DNA from: an uncultured Burkholderiales bacterium
GTDB lineage: Bacteria > Pseudomonadota > Gammaproteobacteria > Burkholderiales > Eutrophovitaceae
Direction: 5' to 3'
NCBI GenBank assembly: GCA_951812315.1
Contig: CATOSA010000021.1
Coordinates: forward strand, 18,705 to 82,704
Length of the DNA: 64,000 nucleotides
The notes beneath the pieces were generated by a model. The model was not told the origin of the DNA. It was given only the letters and a program-made list of their open reading frames with translations, and ran no database searches. The first letter of the stretch is position 1; the number at the start of each line of letters is the position of its first letter. Shown here one piece after another: positions 59,024-64,000 of the stretch. The translations under genes were made by a program, and so were the position numbers.

Positions 59024-59838
59024 AGCCGGCTGCGTTTGACTATATTCGTGCTGACTCGAGCGAAGAGGTTGTGCAGTTTCTGGATCAATACGGCGACGAT
59101 GCACGCATTCTTGCTGGCGGACAATCTCTGATGGCGGCGCTGAACATGCGGCTGACCCAGCCACGCGTTCTTATTGATATTTCCCGCGCCAAAGATCTGT
59201 CGAAGATGCGAGTAAGCGGGGGCGTATTGACAGTCGGCGCAGCGGTTACACAGGCTGCCGTGGCAATGATTGTAAAGAACCAAAGCGACATCCCGATGTT
59301 GTCGCAGGCGCTTCCGCATCTCGGTCATTTTCAGACGCGCAATCGGGGCACTGTCTGTGGATCCATCGCTCATGCAGATCCCAGTGCGGAATTACCGCTT
59401 TGTCTGGCAACACTTGGTGGCAGCGTCAATCTTCGTTCGAAGCGCCGTCGCCGCAGCCTGCCGGCAAAAGATTTTTTTCAGGGTGTGTTGACGACCGCGA
59501 GAGCGGCTGACGAATTCATCGAGTCCGTTCAGTTTCCGCTCGCCAAAAAACAAACGCGTTACGGTTTCTGGGAAGTCAGCATGCGACATGGCGATTTTGC
59601 GATGGCCGCACTCGCTGCGGCTGTATCACCCGAGGGTGTGCGTCTGGGCGTAGGTGGCGTAGCCGACCGGCCGTGGGTTGAAGAATTTTCCGGAGAAGTC
59701 AGAAACGATCTGGATGGCGCGCTCGAAGACCTTGTCTGGAAACTGGGCGCTCGCGACGACCAGCACGCGAGCGCGCGGTATCGTCGTCACCTGGTGCGCA
59801 ACCTGGGACGCAAACTCGTTGCGGGGCTGAATAATTGA
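59020..59838 (+). CDS. FAD-binding medium subunit (CoxM family) of the molybdo-hydroxylase
   Basis: FDYIRADSSEEVVQFLDQYGDDARILAGGQSLMAALNMRL. ATGA overlap with the large-subunit stop. Confidence 0.9.
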   Translation: MKPAAFDYIRADSSEEVVQFLDQYGDDARILAGGQSLMAALNMRLTQPRVLIDISRAKDLSKMRVSGGVLTVGAAVTQAAVAMIVKNQSDIPMLSQALPHLGHFQTRNRGTVCGSIAHADPSAELPLCLATLGGSVNLRSKRRRRSLPAKDFFQGVLTTARAADEFIESVQFPLAKKQTRYGFWEVSMRHGDFAMAALAAAVSPEGVRLGVGGVADRPWVEEFSGEVRNDLDGALEDLVWKLGARDDQHASARYRRHLVRNLGRKLVAGLNN

Positions 59839-59908
59839 ACATGAGTAATTGAAAAATGGCGCAGCCAGAGATATCCCGGCAAATAGTGAACTGCAATAGG
59901 CACAAGCG

Positions 59909-60469
59909 ATGAAGAAACTGGCGCATGCGCCGCATACGATTGCACTACGCCTGAACGGTGTCGAGCGCTCAGGCGAGTGTGAACCGCGCACGCTGCTATC
60001 GGATTTCCTGCGTTACCGGCTCGGCGCGACCGGTGTTCATGTCGGTTGCGAACACGGTGTGTGCGGTGCATGTACGGTCACTATAGACGGTGCCGCACAA
60101 CGTTCCTGTCTCACACTTGCAGTCGCTGCCGAAGGCCGCGACGTCACGACCGCCGAAGGCCTCGCGCCCGTCGGTGAGCAACTTTCCGTACTGCAAGCGG
60201 CATTCAGGCGCCACCACGCACTGCAGTGCGGGTATTGCACGCCCGGCATTCTCATGTCGTGCACGGATTTTTTGAAGCGTGAAGCTAACCCCAGCGAAAG
60301 CCAGGTTCGCGAAATGCTGTCCGGGCATCTGTGCAGGTGTACCGGTTATACCAACATCGTCAACGCCATTCTCGAAGCCGCTGCAACGATCAATGCGGCA
60401 ACTGCTGGCAAAGATCCAGCTGGCCCGGAAGTGGATAGCCAGCGCTCCGATGCGGGGTCTGATGTTTGA
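59909..60469 (+). CDS. [2Fe-2S] small subunit (CoxS family) of the molybdo-hydroxylase
   Basis: Cys clusters CEHGVCGACTV and QCGYCTPG...CRCTGY. Confidence 0.9.
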   Translation: MKKLAHAPHTIALRLNGVERSGECEPRTLLSDFLRYRLGATGVHVGCEHGVCGACTVTIDGAAQRSCLTLAVAAEGRDVTTAEGLAPVGEQLSVLQAAFRRHHALQCGYCTPGILMSCTDFLKREANPSESQVREMLSGHLCRCTGYTNIVNAILEAAATINAATAGKDPAGPEVDSQRSDAGSDV

Positions 60470-61994
60470 TCTCGGGCGTTCTTTTCTCGGCAGCGTAGAA
60501 AGGTCGCCTGACGCGACCGCAATCGTAGATGGCGATGTCCGCCTGAGCTATACACAGTGGTTGTCGCGTATCGCGTCGCTTGCCGGTGGGTTGCATTCGA
60601 TCGGACTTCGCCATGGCGACCACTTGCTTGTGGTCATGCAAAACCGCTGGCAGATGGCAACGCTGCACTGGGCCTGTCAGTTTCTGGGTGTCATCGTGAC
60701 GCCACTGAACTGGCGCGCGAAAGCCGATGAAATTGAATACTGTGCTGTGGACGCTGAGGCTCGTGCAGTCGCATACGACACCTCGAGCGCGCAGGCGATT
60801 GCGGAATGTGCCGCTTGCAGCCAAATCACCAGAGTTTGTTCCGGCGATACCGAAATGGCTGCCGCCGGCGACATAGCATTTGACGAGCTCCTCGCTGCAG
60901 ATGCACCAGCCAATTTGTTGAATGCGAAAGCCGATGACTGTTCCATCCTGCTCTACACATCCGGCACAACTGGTAGACCGAAGGGGGTGCCGCGCAGCCA
61001 CCGCGCTGAGAGAGCTGCCGCCATCGCACATGTCGCACAGAACCTGTATTCGAACGGTGAGCGCACCCTCGGCGTAATGCCGCTCTACCATACGATGGGT
61101 GTACGCTCGCTGCTGTCCATGTCACCGGTCAACGGTAGCTTTGCCTGCATGCAGCGTTTCGATGCCGGCGAAGCACTCAGGACGATCGGCCGCGAGAGAA
61201 TCACGCATTTGTACCTGGTGCCCACGCTCTACCATGACCTGCTTGCCCACGCCGATTTCCACAAAACAGATATCGGTTCGGTCAGACGACTGGGTTTTGC
61301 CGGCGCCCCCATGTCCGAAGACTTGCTAAAACGGCTCGACGGCGCATTCAGACCTGACGTGTTTGTGAACCACTACGGATCATCAGAGATATATACGTTC
61401 ACAGTCGACCAGGCCGCCACCGAAAAACCCGGCAGCGCCGGCCGTGCCGGTCTGAACGCACGAATAAGGGTTGTAAATCTCGGAGCCGAAAAGCCTGACG
61501 ATCTGGCTGCTCCGGAAGAGGAAGGCGAAATCATTGCCGACCTGGCGGGTGACGAAGCTTTTCAGGGTTACTGGAAACGAGCCGACGCCGATGCAAAGGC
61601 ACTTCGCCACGGATGGTATTTCACCGGCGACACCGGCTACTTCGACAACGACGGCGATCTGTTTGTCACCGGTCGCGTCGACGACATGGTGATCTCCGGC
61701 GGGGAGAACATATCCCCCGTCGAAATTGAATCAATACTGTCGCTACATCCCGCAGTCGATGAAGTCGCCGTCGCGGGACTTGCCGACGAGCGCTGGGGAC
61801 AAAAAGTAGTCGCCTTCGTCAAACGCAATTCCGCAGTGGACGCAGCCGCTCTGGATGCGCACTGCAAGTCATCCAGCCTGGTTGACTTCAAGCGACCTCG
61901 CGACTACGTATTCGTACGCGAAATTCCGAAATCTCCAGTCGGTAAAGTGTTGCGCCGCAAATTGATCGCGGGCGAGTATGAACGCGCAGACTGA
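60450..61994 (+). CDS. AMP-dependent acyl-CoA synthetase/ligase
   Basis: AMP-binding motif LLYTSGTTGRPKGV, YGSSE, TGD, and the C-terminal PKSPVGKVLRRKL. The start (60450 or 60462) overlaps the small-subunit 3' end. Confidence 0.9.
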   Translation: MRGLMFDLGRSFLGSVERSPDATAIVDGDVRLSYTQWLSRIASLAGGLHSIGLRHGDHLLVVMQNRWQMATLHWACQFLGVIVTPLNWRAKADEIEYCAVDAEARAVAYDTSSAQAIAECAACSQITRVCSGDTEMAAAGDIAFDELLAADAPANLLNAKADDCSILLYTSGTTGRPKGVPRSHRAERAAAIAHVAQNLYSNGERTLGVMPLYHTMGVRSLLSMSPVNGSFACMQRFDAGEALRTIGRERITHLYLVPTLYHDLLAHADFHKTDIGSVRRLGFAGAPMSEDLLKRLDGAFRPDVFVNHYGSSEIYTFTVDQAATEKPGSAGRAGLNARIRVVNLGAEKPDDLAAPEEEGEIIADLAGDEAFQGYWKRADADAKALRHGWYFTGDTGYFDNDGDLFVTGRVDDMVISGGENISPVEIESILSLHPAVDEVAVAGLADERWGQKVVAFVKRNSAVDAAALDAHCKSSSLVDFKRPRDYVFVREIPKSPVGKVLRRKLIAGEYERAD

Positions 61995-62100
61995 GGCGGC
62001 AATAGGCTCACCAAAGAAACGCAGCGGCAGGCGATAACGATTTGTTTCAGTTTTTACTCTGTATTTCAGGGATTCAGTATTTTTGCATGAAGGAACACAA

Positions 62101-62907
62101 ATGACAGAACTCACCCACCCCGCCCAAACACTGCTCGATAATCCTGATGGATTCCGCGTTGAAATTGACGCGCAGCGACAGCGCGCGGACATCATCCTCG
62201 AGCGCCCTCCGCTGAACGTAGTCTCGATGCCGCAACGCGATCAACTGCGCTGCACGTTCGAAGCACTCGATGCGCATGATGACGTGCGCATCATCGTGTT
62301 GCGTGCGACGGGCGAACATTTTTCCAGCGGTGGCAACATCAAGGGCTTTCTGGAAGCGAGCCCGGAAACGGTAGCGAAGCTCGCCTGGAATATCGCCGCA
62401 CCGACGCGTTGTGAAAAACCGGTGATCGCTGCCAATCGCGGATATTGTTTTGGTGTCGGCTTCGAGATATCGCTTGCCTGCGATTTTCGAATTGCATCCG
62501 AGACAGCGCGCTACGCACTGCCGGAGCAAAGACTGGGACAGATTCCGGGTTCCGGTGGATCGGCACGGTTGCAGAAAATGGTCGGCATCATCCGCACCAA
62601 GGACCTTGTCATGCGTTCGCGCCGAATTACCGCGCAGCAGGCATTTGACTGGGGGATCGTCACAGAATGTGTCGCAGATGGCGAACTGGAAAGTGCCACC
62701 GACAAACTCGTCGACGAACTCATACAGTTTGCGCCACTCGCGCAACGCACTGCCAAGAAGTTGCTAAACGACACCGAAGACGCAATGCTGTCAACCGCGA
62801 TCGAACTCGAAGGTCACGCGTACAGCCGCCTTCGCAACTCTGATGATTTTCGGGAGGGCATTACTGCGTTTCATGCCAAGAGGAAGCCGGATTTCAAGGG
62901 TTCGTGA
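62101..62907 (+). CDS. Enoyl-CoA hydratase/isomerase (crotonase) family protein
   Basis: Crotonase fold: ILERPPLNVV, GEHFSSGGNI, GYCFGVGFEISLACD. AAGGAA RBS before the ATG at 62101. Confidence 0.9.
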   Translation: MTELTHPAQTLLDNPDGFRVEIDAQRQRADIILERPPLNVVSMPQRDQLRCTFEALDAHDDVRIIVLRATGEHFSSGGNIKGFLEASPETVAKLAWNIAAPTRCEKPVIAANRGYCFGVGFEISLACDFRIASETARYALPEQRLGQIPGSGGSARLQKMVGIIRTKDLVMRSRRITAQQAFDWGIVTECVADGELESATDKLVDELIQFAPLAQRTAKKLLNDTEDAMLSTAIELEGHAYSRLRNSDDFREGITAFHAKRKPDFKGS

Positions 62908-62995
62908 ATCTGCAGTTGCCAAGCGTGTCGATCCGAAATACGAGCTGATTTCCGTTCTCCAGGCGACGCATTGAGTCTGCAGCCAGGAATTCGCC

Positions 62996-64000
62996 TCAGG
63001 CGATAGACGTCGATGAGCTGGTCACGAACGCGGGTCGACCCTCTGAAGCCATGCGAAGTCTGTATTTCATCGCCAGCCACTCGTATACGGCCATCAGGCT
63101 GAAGTAGACCACTCCGGTGGCCAGTGCATTCTCGGGATGGTCAATCCACCCACCGGTTGCATCGATCGGGTTCAGTGATAAAACGCGGTCGGTAATCCCT
63201 AGCCTGGAGACCGGAACGATTGCGACGATCAGAATGGTAATCACCAGGTTGAAGATCGATACGCCTGAGCGAATCATGGATTCGTTAAAGTTATCCTCGC
63301 CCCTCAGCATTGATTGCCAGCGCGCCAGCATGATGGCCGAATAGACAATCATGAAATACCAGCTCTTGAACGAAATGGTAATTGCCAGAACGAACAGCGA
63401 ATAGACTAGCAACAAGCCGCCATAAAGCCACCAACGGCCTTTCATGTTCACTCGTGCGAGCGCGCTCAGCATGATGCCTGAGTGAATCATGATGAACTCC
63501 AGCGCCAGAATACCGACGATCAGTCTGACCCAGCTACCGTTCTCGACGCTCATCGGAGTGATCCACACGGTCATCAGGATCGCGGCAAGAACAAGTGGCG
63601 ACGCGGTAGAAAACACCCCCTCGAACCAGATCCCGATCTTGTTGACTGAGCCAGCGATTTTGATCCCGGGCGAAGATGCATTCGGCGCCACGCGCGGTTG
63701 ATCAGCTGCTGTTCGCGGCAATTCGTCCTTGTAGCCCTCTATCGCCGATAGCAGAAAATAGCCGCCTGCTTCAAACGCGTAAACCGCCACATTCGACGGT
63801 GAATCCGGCTGTTCGAACGAGATCGAGAGTTTGAACTTCTCGTAGCCAACAGAATTCTCTGACGGAACGACCTCGACGATGCCAAGGGCTTGCTTGTGTT
63901 CGAAGCCCAGTACCCGCCACTCGATGCCGACGTCGTCAGGAAAGGCTTCTTCGGCCAATTCGCCGATGTGACTGCGCACGTACTGCTCACGACTCTCGTA
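62996..64000 (-). CDS. Integral membrane protein of unknown function; the 5' end may run off the window
   Basis: A soluble N-terminal ~110 aa followed by about seven hydrophobic helices. The reading frame stays open upstream of the GTG at 63979 to the window edge. Confidence 0.5.
   Translation of the reverse strand, partial: YESREQYVRSHIGELAEEAFPDDVGIEWRVLGFEHKQALGIVEVVPSENSVGYEKFKLSISFEQPDSPSNVAVYAFEAGGYFLLSAIEGYKDELPRTAADQPRVAPNASSPGIKIAGSVNKIGIWFEGVFSTASPLVLAAILMTVWITPMSVENGSWVRLIVGILALEFIMIHSGIMLSALARVNMKGRWWLYGGLLLVYSLFVLAITISFKSWYFMIVYSAIMLARWQSMLRGEDNFNESMIRSGVSIFNLVITILIVAIVPVSRLGITDRVLSLNPIDATGGWIDHPENALATGVVYFSLMAVYEWLAMKYRLRMASEGRPAFVTSSSTSIA

Noticed and set aside
60390-62745. 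233-aa and 223-aa minus-strand ORFs
   Set aside because: Antisense to the acyl-CoA synthetase and crotonase genes, both supported by family motifs.

Overview
The window has two parts.

**Backbone, bases 1 to about 33,400.** This is a conserved proteobacterial housekeeping region whose gene order looks betaproteobacterial.
- An IS1182-family element is inserted into an outer-membrane-protein gene at the left edge.
- Minus strand: rpoH-ftsX-ftsE-ftsY.
- Plus strand: two M16 peptidases, rsmD, coaD and a YfhL-type ferredoxin.
- Minus strand: mutM, then an ABC ATPase / ABC-2 permease / GldG-like / DUF4340 operon.
- Plus strand: a TPR lipoprotein, lolB, ispE, tRNA-Gln, prs, rplY, pth, ychF.
- Plus strand: yebC-ruvC-ruvA, a 715-bp spacer, then ruvB-ybgC-tolQ-tolR-tolA-tolB-pal-cpoB-queC and tRNA-Lys(TTT).

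**Accessory region, from tRNA-Lys to the right edge.** No integrase or attR copy is visible.
- An IS1595-family transposase gene has an IS3-family element (orfB carries two nonsense codons) inserted at its 3' end.
- A PspF-like sigma-54 activator has a degenerate GAFTGA loop.
- Two tandem giant zinc-ribbon / class III cyclase / P-loop NTPase / TPR genes follow. The second carries one in-frame TAA.
- A nucleotidyltransferase-fold two-gene cassette comes next.
- Decayed gene fragments are fused to one another.
- A DUF1501 gene sits beside a frameshifted DUF1800 gene.
- Further along are a shikimate-dehydrogenase-like gene and a Spy/CpxP-like gene.
- Three uncharacterised genes follow.
- A WYL regulator and CoxG gene sit divergent from a five-gene cluster. 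It encodes three molybdo-hydroxylase subunits, an acyl-CoA synthetase and an enoyl-CoA hydratase, in the same order as the hmfABCDE furoyl-CoA cluster.

**Most interesting.**
- The cyclase-NTPase-TPR pair, which has non-canonical catalytic residues.
- The uncharacterised three-gene cluster.
- The CoxL-CoxG fusion.
- Near-identical 156-bp repeats inside tolA.
- Several structured, repeat-rich intergenic regions.

No rRNA genes or CRISPR arrays were seen. All family assignments come from reading motifs in the translations; no database search was run.
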